In this document: positions 1 through 9,602 of the stretch, in pieces | Layout of the letters: each line of letters opens with the position of its first letter | Position numbering within the stretch: position 1 is the first letter of the stretch | Origin: an uncultured Candidatus Saccharibacteria bacterium | GTDB lineage: Bacteria; Patescibacteriota; Minisyncoccia; Phycocordibacterales; PALSA-1337 | NCBI GenBank assembly: GCA_964357605.1 | Contig: CAYHLX010000001.1 | Span: forward strand, 5,159-69,158 | DNA: 64,000 bases | Direction: 5' to 3' | Notes under the pieces: generated by a model | What the model saw: the letters and a program-made list of their open reading frames with translations, nothing else | What the model was told of the DNA's origin: nothing | The model's database searches: none | Translations under genes and position numbers: made by a program

Positions 1-849
1 CTCATCGAACTGCTGGTGGTTATCTCTATCATCGGACTGCTTTCATCAGTCGTCATAGCTTCGGTCACAGCCGCCCGCAAGCAAGGTATGATCGCCGCTG
101 GTCAGAAGTTTGATGCTCACACCCACGCCGCTTTCTATGATGACCTGGTCTTGAGTTGGGATTTTGATAGAGATACTGCTGGTAGTGGCATAGTGCAGGA
201 TTTGAGCGGGAATGGGAATAATTTATCGCTCACAGGAGCAACACTTGATGGCCCACCAACACCAAATCCGTTCAAGACAGGGAAGGTGATCTCGATCGGA
301 CCTTCAAAAACTGCAAATTTACCTGCGCCGATGAAAAAGCCTCCAGCCGGAAAATTCTCAGTGTCTTTTTGGTTGTATCCTGTTTTGGCAGCTGGCGAAA
401 CTGCTGAAGCAACTGAGTACCTCTCGTATTTCCCATTATCGAGCACAAAAGGAAATACATGGAAGTTTTCTTATGCTGTTGGTGCGGCAGGTTTTAATTT
501 TAAATATATTCCGTTATTACCTACTAATCAAAGAACAGTATCAATTGGCCAGCTAGCTTTTAATACATGGCACCATATTGTGGCAGTATGTAATACAACA
601 AATAATAAAATCGGTGTATATGTAAATGGTAAATCTGTGGGTACACCGACCGGGGTTACAGATTGTGGTTTTAATAATACAGATTTAACTGTAGGTTTAC
701 GATTGGTAAGTGTTGGTAAGCCTTATTATCTCGATAACGTACGTATATATGGAGAATCTCTGCCCCTCTCATTTATTCAGGAGCAGTATCTAGCCGGTAA
801 GCCCAAATTTGAAGCTTTGGCAAAGAACATGAAAGATCAAAAAAATTAA
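1..849 (+). CDS. Type IV pilin-like protein with C-terminal LamG (concanavalin A-like) domain; 5' end truncated by the window edge
   Basis: Frame is open from base 1 and reads [18 protein letters not shown] (prepilin motif after GFT). C-terminal WDFD...DLSGNGN...WHHIV...YVNG...LDNVRIY is LamG-like. Confidence 0.85.
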   Translation, partial: LIELLVVISIIGLLSSVVIASVTAARKQGMIAAGQKFDAHTHAAFYDDLVLSWDFDRDTAGSGIVQDLSGNGNNLSLTGATLDGPPTPNPFKTGKVISIGPSKTANLPAPMKKPPAGKFSVSFWLYPVLAAGETAEATEYLSYFPLSSTKGNTWKFSYAVGAAGFNFKYIPLLPTNQRTVSIGQLAFNTWHHIVAVCNTTNNKIGVYVNGKSVGTPTGVTDCGFNNTDLTVGLRLVSVGKPYYLDNVRIYGESLPLSFIQEQYLAGKPKFEALAKNMKDQKN

Positions 850-852
850 TGT

Positions 853-2367
853 ATGAAAAATAATTTTAATAAAAAAATCTGGCCAAGTCTCTTTATACTC
901 GCAGTATTCTGCTTATTTATTTTTGCCGGATATTCAGTTGTGCATGCTGGCGTTGTGATACAACCAACGCCGACAACTGGACTCCGGGCACACTGGACAT
1001 TTGATACCAAGACATTCAGTTGGGGTACAAATAAAGTCTCGGATGTTTCTGGTAATGGTCATACAGGAACATTAGTCTTTATGGATTCAGGGACCAATCA
1101 AGTTGCTGGTAAAAAAGGCCAAGCGATTTTTCTGGATGGAAATATAGATTCGATCAGTTTGGCTACAAATCCTCTAACCACTTTTTCCAATCCTAGCTCC
1201 GCGTGTACGTGGGTCAATACAAATGATGTCACTGTTTCTACAGGAGGGTTCAATCAGACCATTTTGAATATTTCCGCTGATACCAATAATGGGTTACATA
1301 TGGGCAGTGTGGTCAATTCAGGAAAGTTTTTTGCTTCGTATAAATCAGGTGGTTCCTATTATGGTTCTGAATCAGCCAGTGCAGTTTTTGCTAACAATCA
1401 GTGGGTACATGTGTGTTATGTCTGGAATGGCAATGGTGTCAATCTCTATGCCAATGGTACATCGATTGCCACAACCACCAATACAGATGCTCCAAGTCTG
1501 GTAAACACTATCGGTGCTCGAAATGATCAGATCGATGGTACCTGGTCAGGTATGATCGATGATCTGCGTGTTTACAATCGCGCCTTGTCGATCGCGGAAA
1601 TAAAGCAGATATATAACAGTGGGGCACTGGTATTGAACAGCTTGCAAGGCAACAAAACTGTGGTTCTCCAGAAAACCCCATCAAATTTTCTCACGAACGG
1701 CCTGGTGGGGTACTGGTCTTTTGATGGAAGTAAAATAAATTGGGCCAGCAACACTGTCACTGATAGTTCAGGCAATGGTAATACGGGAACGATGATCAAT
1801 ATGTCTACAACCACTAGCCCTGCGCAGGGTAAGATTGGGCAGGCACTCTCGTTTGATGGGAGTGATGATTATGTGACTGTGGGAACCACTAATTTACCTA
1901 CGACTAATGATGGCACCATTTCTGCTTGGGTGAAAATTGCTCCGTCGCCTTCAGGTACAGATATTGTTTTATCGCATTATTCAACGGTCGCTCCGGCATT
2001 AGGGTATTATAAAATAGTACTGAGTGGAGGTAATCGTCCTATATTATACAATCTCTGTAGTAATGGAGGTGATGGAATATGCACCTCTGATTCCGGAATA
2101 ACTTTGACCCCAAATATCTGGTACCATATTGTTGGTACATTCGGTGGGTTAGATGAAGCTGATTCTGGAATAATATATGTCAATGCAGTAGTTAAAGCAA
2201 CTGGTGGCTTTAATGCCTTCTATAATATACCTGCAGGGCTCGTATTTCGAATGGGTTCAGATGTTGATGGAACAAACTTTTGTAATTGCACTCTCGATGA
2301 TGTCCGTATCTACAACCGCGCGCTTTCGTCAACAGAGATTAAACAGCTTTATAATATGGGCAGATGA
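853..2367 (+). CDS. Secreted protein with two LamG-like domains
   Basis: Signal peptide ending VHA. Two repeats of W(T/S)FD...D.SGNG..GT...W.H...DD.R.YNRALS. Confidence 0.85.
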   Translation: MKNNFNKKIWPSLFILAVFCLFIFAGYSVVHAGVVIQPTPTTGLRAHWTFDTKTFSWGTNKVSDVSGNGHTGTLVFMDSGTNQVAGKKGQAIFLDGNIDSISLATNPLTTFSNPSSACTWVNTNDVTVSTGGFNQTILNISADTNNGLHMGSVVNSGKFFASYKSGGSYYGSESASAVFANNQWVHVCYVWNGNGVNLYANGTSIATTTNTDAPSLVNTIGARNDQIDGTWSGMIDDLRVYNRALSIAEIKQIYNSGALVLNSLQGNKTVVLQKTPSNFLTNGLVGYWSFDGSKINWASNTVTDSSGNGNTGTMINMSTTTSPAQGKIGQALSFDGSDDYVTVGTTNLPTTNDGTISAWVKIAPSPSGTDIVLSHYSTVAPALGYYKIVLSGGNRPILYNLCSNGGDGICTSDSGITLTPNIWYHIVGTFGGLDEADSGIIYVNAVVKATGGFNAFYNIPAGLVFRMGSDVDGTNFCNCTLDDVRIYNRALSSTEIKQLYNMGR

Positions 2368-2407
2368 TAAACTTATTCGCACCATCTAATGTGATAGAAT
2401 AGTATAA

Positions 2408-5400
2408 ATGAGAAAAATATTTTCTACAAAATATAATGTAAATTTTTTCAGTACATTTTTTGTGATTTTGGCTGTACTATTCTCAAGTACAAACCTAGCC
2501 CATGCTTCCAAGATAGGTGTCCCCCCCAACTTTATTCCAGGTAATGGACTATCGAATGGCCTCGTCGGCTACTGGACGTTTGATGGCAAGGATACCACCA
2601 TTCCTGGTCCAGTTGTAACATACATAACCTCCGGTTCTACATGGGCAGTTCCTTCAGACTGGAATAGTAGCAATAATACAATTGAAGTGATTGCTGGCGG
2701 TGGTGGAGGCAATGGTTCTAACACCGCAGGTGGAGGTAATGGTGGAACAGCAGGTTCAGGAGGAGCCTATGCAAAGGTGGTTAATTTGTCATTGACTCCA
2801 AGCTCATCGGTTAATATAGGAGTTGGTACAGGTGGTGCTGGAGGTGCTCGTGATACTAAAGGAGGTGTCGGAGGAGACACATGGTTTAATGCTACATCAC
2901 TTGCCAATGCAGTAACCAACGGTTCGTCTGTGAGCGTTGCCGCAGCGGGAGCCGCACAATCAGCCCTTTTATATAGTACAGCAGGTACGGCTGGTCAAGC
3001 ATCTGCTTCCGTAGGAACAACAAAATATAGTGGAGGTACTGGTGGGGCGGCTAACATTTTCCAGGCCTTTGGTGGCGGAGGAGGAGGTGGAGCTGGACCT
3101 AATGGAGATGGAGGTGCTGGTGGTACTGCTACTGGTTCTCAAGGTGCTGGAGGTGGAGGTTCAGGTGGTGGCGCTGCTGGTAGTAGTGGTTCAGGAAACA
3201 ATGGAGGTAACGGAGGTGCGAACTATACAGCATCACAAGCAGGAGGAACAGGTGGTGCTAATGATGGTGCTCCTGGTACTGGAGATAGCAACGGTGCTTC
3301 TGGTGCCGCTGGAGGAGGTTATGGTGTCTTCGGATCACAAACAGCCAATGGAGGCGCTGGTGGTTCTGGACAGGAATGGGATAGTACACATGGCTCAGGA
3401 GGTGGAGGAGGAGGAGCTGGTAGAGGTAATGCTGGAAACGCTGATGGTGGTAACGCAGGCTCGTATGGCGCAGGTGGTGGTGGTGGTTCTGACTCTGCGT
3501 CTGATGGTGTTGGAGGTAATGGTTCTCAAGGTCTCATCGTTGTCACGTATACTCCAGCCACAGCAGCCACCGTAGATAAATCTGGCAATGGCAACACCGG
3601 CACGCCCACCAACATGTCTCAAGCCACGAGTACAGCGGCAGGCAAAATCGGCCAAGCTCTCAATTTCGATGGTGCTGATGATTATGTGAATGCCGGAGCA
3701 AGCTCTGCTCTTAATGGGGCGACGCTGGTCACCGTGAGTGCCTGGGTGAATTTTAGTGATTTGCTTGAACATGGTTCTGGTTCTGGTGTGCCAGCTTATC
3801 AAAATATTTTTCAACGTGGTTCATCAGGCGAAATCAATGGATACATCTTAAATTTTGGATTGTATTCAGATGCTAAGATCATTGTAGATGTTCAGGACAC
3901 TACCACTCTTTCACATGTGCAAGCATTTAGCGCATCCACAGTTGCGGCCAATAAGTGGTACCATGTTGCTTTTGTGGCAGCAGCAAGCACGCTTACTGTA
4001 TACGTAGATGGAGTGGCAGGAACACCAGTGAGTTACAATGGTATGGAACCTTTGGTAACAGGAGGAACACTTTTTTATAATAGGGTAAATTTGGGAGCGG
4101 CTATGTATAGCAGTGACACAGCCAGTATTTACCTAAAAGGAAAACTCGACGACGTCCGCGTCTATACTCGCGCACTTTCCACCACAGAAATCGGACAGTT
4201 GTACAATCTAGGTGCGGCAAAATTTGGTATCTCGCCAACAAAATCTATAACCTCCGGCCTCGTCGGATACTGGACTCTGGATGGTAAGGACGTACCAAAC
4301 GGCAGAGCAAATGATGTAACAGGAAATGGACATCACGCTAACTTGGTGAACATTGCCACTTCCACTTTCTATACTTCAGGCAATACTGGACAAGGGTTTA
4401 ATTTGGACGGGGTAGATGATTATGTGAATACGAACAAAGCATTGTCGACTTTTACAGACGGTAGTAATGGTACATATGCGGCTTGGGCATATCCCACTGC
4501 CGCTGGCGGAGGCGCCTGTTCTAATTTAAATGCGGCTCCAATTATTACAGATGGTACTGGTAGCGGTGGCTATACAACTCTCGGTATAACTGGAGGTAAT
4601 TGGTGTGGAGGTTGGTGGGGTACTGGAGTTGGCGGTTTAACGAGTGCCGCTACACTGAATAAATGGTCACATGTTGTCTTAACTGTGAACGCTGGGGTTG
4701 AGACTCTCTACGTGAATGGTGTGCAAGTCGGTTCACAGTCAGTAGGAGCTACCACAGCTCTAACTAGCCCCGTGTATTTCGGGCGGTCATTTGGTGATAT
4801 ATATTTCCCAGGGAAGATTGACGACGTTCGCATCTACAATCGCGCGCTTTCTGCAACAGAAATTGCTCAACTCTACAAACTCGGTATCTCCGCCAAACAA
4901 TCCGCTTCTCCTACAGTTACTAGCACTTCTTGCGCAGCGGGGCTTTCCTGTGGCCTCATCGGCTACTGGACGTTTGATGGAAAGGATACTCCATGGACGA
5001 GCTCTACAGCGGCCACGACTTTGGATAAAAGTGGCAATGGCAACACCGGCACACTCACCAATATGGCTCAAGTCACGAGTCCGATAGCGGGCAAAATCGG
5101 GCAAGGACTTAGTTTTGATGGGAGTAATGACTATGTGAGTGCACCAGTGAATCTTTCGGGGACAAATATAGCCTCTCTTTCTTTTTGGATGAAGTGGAAT
5201 GCATATGCTAATGATGATGATCTGGCATTTGAGTATACTACCAACTTTACTGGCGTGAATGCATTTATTATAGATCCAAATGACAGCACACCATCAAGGT
5301 TTTCTATTATCATGTCAGCTACGGGAGGATATTATAATGGCGGGTATATAACACGACCATCCGCAGGAGTTTGGCATCATTATGGAGTTATATTAAACAG

Positions 5401-5632
5401 GACAACCGGAACAGCAAATGGTGTAACTATTTATGTAGACGGAGTGGCCCAATCAATGACACAAACATATTCATCAGATTTTAGTTCAAGTAATTTTGAC
5501 AACTCCTCGTTGTATTTCATGTCTCGAGGGGGCTCATCTCTATTTGGTGCAGGTTCTCTCGATGATGTCCGCATTTATAACCGAGCTCTATCTGCCACGG
5601 AGATTACTCAGCTCTATAATTCAGGCCGATAA
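2408..5632 (+). CDS. Secreted protein with three LamG-like domains and a glycine-rich insert
   Basis: Signal peptide ending AHA. Three GL(V/I)GYWT(F/L)DGKD...DDVR(V/I)Y.RALS units. About 330 aa Gly-rich segment (IEVIAGGGGG...GSQGLIVVTY) inside the first LamG. Confidence 0.85.
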   Translation: MRKIFSTKYNVNFFSTFFVILAVLFSSTNLAHASKIGVPPNFIPGNGLSNGLVGYWTFDGKDTTIPGPVVTYITSGSTWAVPSDWNSSNNTIEVIAGGGGGNGSNTAGGGNGGTAGSGGAYAKVVNLSLTPSSSVNIGVGTGGAGGARDTKGGVGGDTWFNATSLANAVTNGSSVSVAAAGAAQSALLYSTAGTAGQASASVGTTKYSGGTGGAANIFQAFGGGGGGGAGPNGDGGAGGTATGSQGAGGGGSGGGAAGSSGSGNNGGNGGANYTASQAGGTGGANDGAPGTGDSNGASGAAGGGYGVFGSQTANGGAGGSGQEWDSTHGSGGGGGGAGRGNAGNADGGNAGSYGAGGGGGSDSASDGVGGNGSQGLIVVTYTPATAATVDKSGNGNTGTPTNMSQATSTAAGKIGQALNFDGADDYVNAGASSALNGATLVTVSAWVNFSDLLEHGSGSGVPAYQNIFQRGSSGEINGYILNFGLYSDAKIIVDVQDTTTLSHVQAFSASTVAANKWYHVAFVAAASTLTVYVDGVAGTPVSYNGMEPLVTGGTLFYNRVNLGAAMYSSDTASIYLKGKLDDVRVYTRALSTTEIGQLYNLGAAKFGISPTKSITSGLVGYWTLDGKDVPNGRANDVTGNGHHANLVNIATSTFYTSGNTGQGFNLDGVDDYVNTNKALSTFTDGSNGTYAAWAYPTAAGGGACSNLNAAPIITDGTGSGGYTTLGITGGNWCGGWWGTGVGGLTSAATLNKWSHVVLTVNAGVETLYVNGVQVGSQSVGATTALTSPVYFGRSFGDIYFPGKIDDVRIYNRALSATEIAQLYKLGISAKQSASPTVTSTSCAAGLSCGLIGYWTFDGKDTPWTSSTAATTLDKSGNGNTGTLTNMAQVTSPIAGKIGQGLSFDGSNDYVSAPVNLSGTNIASLSFWMKWNAYANDDDLAFEYTTNFTGVNAFIIDPNDSTPSRFSIIMSATGGYYNGGYITRPSAGVWHHYGVILNRTTGTANGVTIYVDGVAQSMTQTYSSDFSSSNFDNSSLYFMSRGGSSLFGAGSLDDVRIYNRALSATEITQLYNSGR

Positions 5633-5651
5633 TAATGTTACAATTACTTCT

Positions 5652-8060
5652 ATGAACTTAGCGACGAAACACTTAACCATCCCTATCCTGGCTATTGTTA
5701 TCCTCCTCACCATCCTTTTCAACCTCGGAGGAACAGAAAAAGATATCTCTACATATTTACCACCTGCTCCCACTCAAACTGCAGCTGTTTCAGATTTCAA
5801 TTCTTCCCTCGTTGCTCACTATACTTTTGATGGTAATACCAACGACTCCGCTGGTTCTAACAATGGGACAGCAGTAGGTGGGCCGACGTATACCACAGGC
5901 AAAATTGGACAAGGACTCAGCTTCGATGGGACAGATGACAAAGTTACGACCTCAGATCTCGGTACTCTAGGATCGTCAGTCTCATTGTCATATTGGTTCA
6001 AAACCACAGATGGGCCAAATTCAGCCATGGTGGGCATCGGCACAAAAAAATATTGCAGTATCGATTGGAGTCCTGCAGGATCATTTGCCTGTACTGTCCA
6101 TGGCGGAGGTGGTGCACTTTCGAGTGGCCAGGCATTCAATGATGGAACATGGCATCATGGAGTGTTTGTTATGACAGAGAATAGTCAACTTATCTATATT
6201 GATGGCGTATTGAAAAATTCATCAAACGGAGAATTACCAGCAGATACTTCGTCCGCTGTTCTTATGGGAGATCGAGCTTTTGGCGGTACACCCTATTCCG
6301 GCGCTCTTGATGATGTACGAATATATAACAAAGCTCTTTCCGCTAATGAAATTCAACAATTGTACACTTTTAATAATGAAAGTACGCCAATAGTAACTCC
6401 GACACCGGATACAAATTCAAATCCAAATCCGACACCACCTCCGACTACAAATCCCGTGCCAGCACCAACCGAACCAATTTCTGTAGACAGCAAACATTAT
6501 TATGTGCGTCCTGATGGCGGAAATTATGGCAACGAAGATGGATCAAGTTGGGCTAATGCCTTTGACGGATTCAATGATGTTGTGTGGGGAAATAATACTG
6601 GCCAGGTCGGTGCAGGAGATGTCCTGTATGTGAGTGCCGGTAACTATTATCAACCACTTATTGTCGGTATATCAGGTGTTTCTGGAAATAGAGTGACAGT
6701 TCGCGCCGCGCAAGATACATATGTTGGAATTGCAAATCTTAATTCCACATCAGCAATAAGTTATGGAGGCAATGCTTATGTAACTATTGATGGAGGTTAC
6801 AATGGAAATAACCATTTTGTAACCACTACATATATTAATGGACAGGGTACTATAGACCCAGGTTTACATTATTTTACCATTAACAAAAATCTTGCCGATT
6901 TTAGATATTCAAGCAAAGGAGAATTTTCGTATAACATTGTTAATATTGTCGATTCAACTGCAGAAACGGCATTTTACTTCACTGCGTCAAAGAATCGTGA
7001 TGCCCCCTCGTTTGGATTATCAAAGTTCCATCATAATAAAATTATAGTACCAGGGAAGATAAATGACGGTAATGGTCCTGACGGTATTCATGCCGGAACA
7101 GGATTTGACATATACAACAACATTTTTCAATCAGTATTATGGACTCCCGGTTCGCTCATAGGTCATAACCACCAGGATCTCATACAGGCTTATGGAGATG
7201 AGCATTTGAGAATTTACAACAATGAATTTATTGACTCTGGTGATTCTCAAATTGATTTCTCTAAAGCAGGAAATGTAACGCAATCTAATTTACTTGTTTA
7301 TAATAACGTCTTTCGAAGGACTATTGCTGAAATGGGTACGGTCATGTTGAGGATATATACAGAAGGCGGGGGAAGCATCTCTTCGTTTAATAATATTATG
7401 ATTGACAATAACACGTTTATAGATGGATCTAGAACAGGTCCTTCCTATGGCGGAGGTATTCGCGTTATTAATACAGACACAGCTACCGGGGCTTCTAATG
7501 CGACAATACGAAATAATATTTTCTACAATTCTGGTCGCGCGTGGCCAGTCGTGTTGATGGAGGGTATATCACCAAACTGGACTGTGTCAAATAATCTAAT
7601 CAACGCTGGATCATCTGGTAATGCAACTATACAGTGGACAGGTATAAATCCTGTAGGCACGCAAACTACCGCACCTAATTTTGTAGGTTATGTTCCATAT
7701 GCGTTAAGTATGGATTTACATTTGAGAAACATGGATAGTGCCGCTATCAATAAAGGAGTCAATCTTTCCTCCCACTTTTCCACAGACAAAGACGGCAACC
7801 ATCGCAATGTTGGCGGTGCCTGGGACATCGGCGCCTACGAATACCAAGGAAGCGGGACAACTCAACCACCAGTCACCCCACCAGTAACACCCACCACCTA
7901 CAAACCAGGCGACTTCAACAGAGATGGAGCAGTCAATGCCCTAGACTTCTCCCTATTGTCAGGTGCCTGGAATACCAATACCTCTACATATGATCTAAAC
8001 AGTGATGGTATTGTGAACTCTCTCGACTACGTGATCATGGTGCAGAATTGGACGGGGTAG
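5652..8060 (+). CDS. Surface protein: N-terminal TM, LamG, Pro/Thr linker, parallel beta-helix (pectin lyase-like), C-terminal dockerin-like domain
   Basis: Start reassigned to ATG 5652 (MNLATK), matching paralog N-termini. YYVRPDG...GSSWANAF, NNIF repeats, WDIGAYE, and GDFNRDGAVNALD...DLNSDGIVNSLD duplicated Ca-binding loops. Confidence 0.8.
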   Translation: MNLATKHLTIPILAIVILLTILFNLGGTEKDISTYLPPAPTQTAAVSDFNSSLVAHYTFDGNTNDSAGSNNGTAVGGPTYTTGKIGQGLSFDGTDDKVTTSDLGTLGSSVSLSYWFKTTDGPNSAMVGIGTKKYCSIDWSPAGSFACTVHGGGGALSSGQAFNDGTWHHGVFVMTENSQLIYIDGVLKNSSNGELPADTSSAVLMGDRAFGGTPYSGALDDVRIYNKALSANEIQQLYTFNNESTPIVTPTPDTNSNPNPTPPPTTNPVPAPTEPISVDSKHYYVRPDGGNYGNEDGSSWANAFDGFNDVVWGNNTGQVGAGDVLYVSAGNYYQPLIVGISGVSGNRVTVRAAQDTYVGIANLNSTSAISYGGNAYVTIDGGYNGNNHFVTTTYINGQGTIDPGLHYFTINKNLADFRYSSKGEFSYNIVNIVDSTAETAFYFTASKNRDAPSFGLSKFHHNKIIVPGKINDGNGPDGIHAGTGFDIYNNIFQSVLWTPGSLIGHNHQDLIQAYGDEHLRIYNNEFIDSGDSQIDFSKAGNVTQSNLLVYNNVFRRTIAEMGTVMLRIYTEGGGSISSFNNIMIDNNTFIDGSRTGPSYGGGIRVINTDTATGASNATIRNNIFYNSGRAWPVVLMEGISPNWTVSNNLINAGSSGNATIQWTGINPVGTQTTAPNFVGYVPYALSMDLHLRNMDSAAINKGVNLSSHFSTDKDGNHRNVGGAWDIGAYEYQGSGTTQPPVTPPVTPTTYKPGDFNRDGAVNALDFSLLSGAWNTNTSTYDLNSDGIVNSLDYVIMVQNWTG
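7901..8060 (+). repeat. Dockerin-coding DNA repeat, copy 1 (other copies 11831-11990 and 16242-16401)
   Basis: Manual alignment over 160 nt: 8 mismatches between copies 1 and 2, 4 mismatches between copies 2 and 3. Confidence 0.95.
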
Positions 8061-8073
8061 GGGTAACTAACTC

Positions 8074-8132
8074 TTGCTTTTGGCCCAGGATATGCTATAT
8101 TTGGTGTACTTATTGGTTATTTATAACTAATA
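8074..8132 (+). promoter_or_regulatory. Putative promoter and inverted-repeat operator of the AbiE operon
   Basis: TTGCTT(8074)-16 nt-TATATT(8096) with extended -10 TG. Inverted repeat TATTGGTTAT-tt-ATAACTAATA (8111-8132, 1 mismatch). AbiEi antitoxins are known to autoregulate via promoter inverted repeats. Confidence 0.55.
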
Positions 8133-8133
8133 T

Positions 8134-8757
8134 ATGAATTATATAGATTTTCAACAAAAGTTTAAGGAGTACCCGCTTATTATGGTTTCCGATATCAAGA
8201 CAGCATTTGCTGATTATGATTCTCGGCGATTGTATGAGTGGCAGAAGGCCGGCTATATCCGCAAGGTGGCTAGGAATTTTTGGTTATTTACAGATCAGCA
8301 GGTGAGTGAAAGTCAGACGTGTTTTATTGCCAACAAGCTTCGTGAGCCATCCTATCTAAGTTTGGAATATGCTCTTGGTACATATGGACTCATTCCAGAA
8401 CAGGTTTTCGTCAAGACATGTATAACAACGAGGGGTCGTGCGACATATGAGACACCTGTCGGGAACTTTAGCTATCGTTCCATGAAAGAGGAACTTTTTT
8501 TCGGCTATCTGCTCCATGGAGAGGGGGCATATGCATATAGGATGGCTTCACCAGAAAAGGCATTGCTGGATTTTCTTTACATGCGTTCAGATATACAGGA
8601 TGAAGGCCACATCGCCGAGCTACGCATTGCCACGGATGTGTATCGTGACAAGATAGATGATGCTCGACTGGATTCATATCTCAAAATATTCAACTCGCCG
8701 ACACTAGAGAATAAGGTGCGTCTTGTTCGTGAATATATACTAGACAACCATGATTAA
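8134..8757 (+). CDS. AbiEi-like antitoxin (type IV TA)
   Basis: N-terminal wHTH-like region. PSYLSLEYAL..YGLIPEQV and MASPEKALLDFLY motifs. Overlaps the downstream nucleotidyltransferase. Confidence 0.8.
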   Translation: MNYIDFQQKFKEYPLIMVSDIKTAFADYDSRRLYEWQKAGYIRKVARNFWLFTDQQVSESQTCFIANKLREPSYLSLEYALGTYGLIPEQVFVKTCITTRGRATYETPVGNFSYRSMKEELFFGYLLHGEGAYAYRMASPEKALLDFLYMRSDIQDEGHIAELRIATDVYRDKIDDARLDSYLKIFNSPTLENKVRLVREYILDNHD

Positions 8758-9524
8758 TCTTACCGAATTACAAAAGCTCTATCCGTACCCGGCAGGGTTT
8801 GACCGTAGTGCACTACGAGAATATTTTCAATACAAGATTATGGATATTCTTTTTAGACAAGGAATTGGAAACAAGCTTTGTTTTCTAGGGGGTACAGCAA
8901 TAAAGTTCTGCTATGGTGGCAGACGGTATTCAGAGGATCTTGATTTTGACAATCGTGGTATTAGTCCTGAAGAATTTGAGGCTTTGGTGGAAACCGTTGG
9001 ACAGGAACTTGGTCGTGAAGGATATCGCGTCGATGTTAGGAATTCTTTCAAGAATGCATTTCGTTCACGAGTGGGCATCGAGGGTGTATATCATGATAAT
9101 GGTTTGAGCCCACTTCCCAATGAAAAGCTAATGATCCAGATCGATATGGCACCGCAGGATTTTGCTTTTGAGCCACAGACATATATGCTACAAAAGTACG
9201 AGGTACTCCGTACGATTGCCGTAGTTCCAGTCCAGACTATTTTATCCCAAAAGGTTGCCGCAGTTATTTATTGGACGCAAGAGAGCTAAGGGTCGTGATT
9301 TCTACGACATCGTCTATCTCCGTGGCTTTACGGAATTTGATTTCTCCTATCTCAAGGATAAGCTTGGTATTGTCGATGTAGTCGAACTCAAAAAAAAACT
9401 TCTCGAAGTCACTGCTGGATTTGATTTTGATGCATTGGCTACCGATGTTATGCCATTTCTCGTTAATCGCGAGGAGGTTGAATATGTGCGCCAGTTTAGA
9501 ACATATATTGAACAGAAATTGTGA
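8750..9524 (+). pseudogene. AbiEii/AbiGii-like nucleotidyltransferase toxin, split by a 4-bp duplication
   Basis: FLGGTAIK...RYSEDLDF in ORF 8750-9289. The C-terminal KGRDFYD motif is in another frame (ORF 9255-9524). Removing one TATT from GTTATTTATTGGA (9263-9275) restores ...KVAAVIGRKRAKGRDFYD. Confidence 0.85.
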
Positions 9525-9543
9525 TCATGGTCCAAAATCGAAC
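9521..9543 (+). repeat. Degenerate copy of the dockerin-gene 3' end downstream of the AbiE cassette
   Basis: GTGATCATGGTCCAAAATCGAAC vs GTGATCATGGTGCAGAATTGGAC (8031-8053), 19/23 identical. Contains the AbiEii stop codon. Confidence 0.7.
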
Positions 9544-9584
9544 GTAATGTTGATAAGTTATAGATACAGTTCTAGACACAATCC

Positions 9585-9602
9585 TGTATAATAACACCCA
9601 TG
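9585..9602 (+). promoter_or_regulatory. -10 box directly upstream of the start codon (leaderless-type); identical copy at 12106-12123
   Basis: TGTATAATAACACCCATG at both sites. TATAAT is 7 nt before ATG and there is no SD. Confidence 0.7.

Noticed and set aside
3030-3575. Val/Glu-rich 181-aa ORF
   Set aside because: Alternate-frame reading of GGT/GGA glycine codons in the 2408-5632 gene.
9548-9556. TGTTGATAA (also 12081-12089) as a DnaA box/origin
   Set aside because: One mismatch to consensus, isolated copies, explained by the duplicated promoter block. No box cluster or dnaA nearby.
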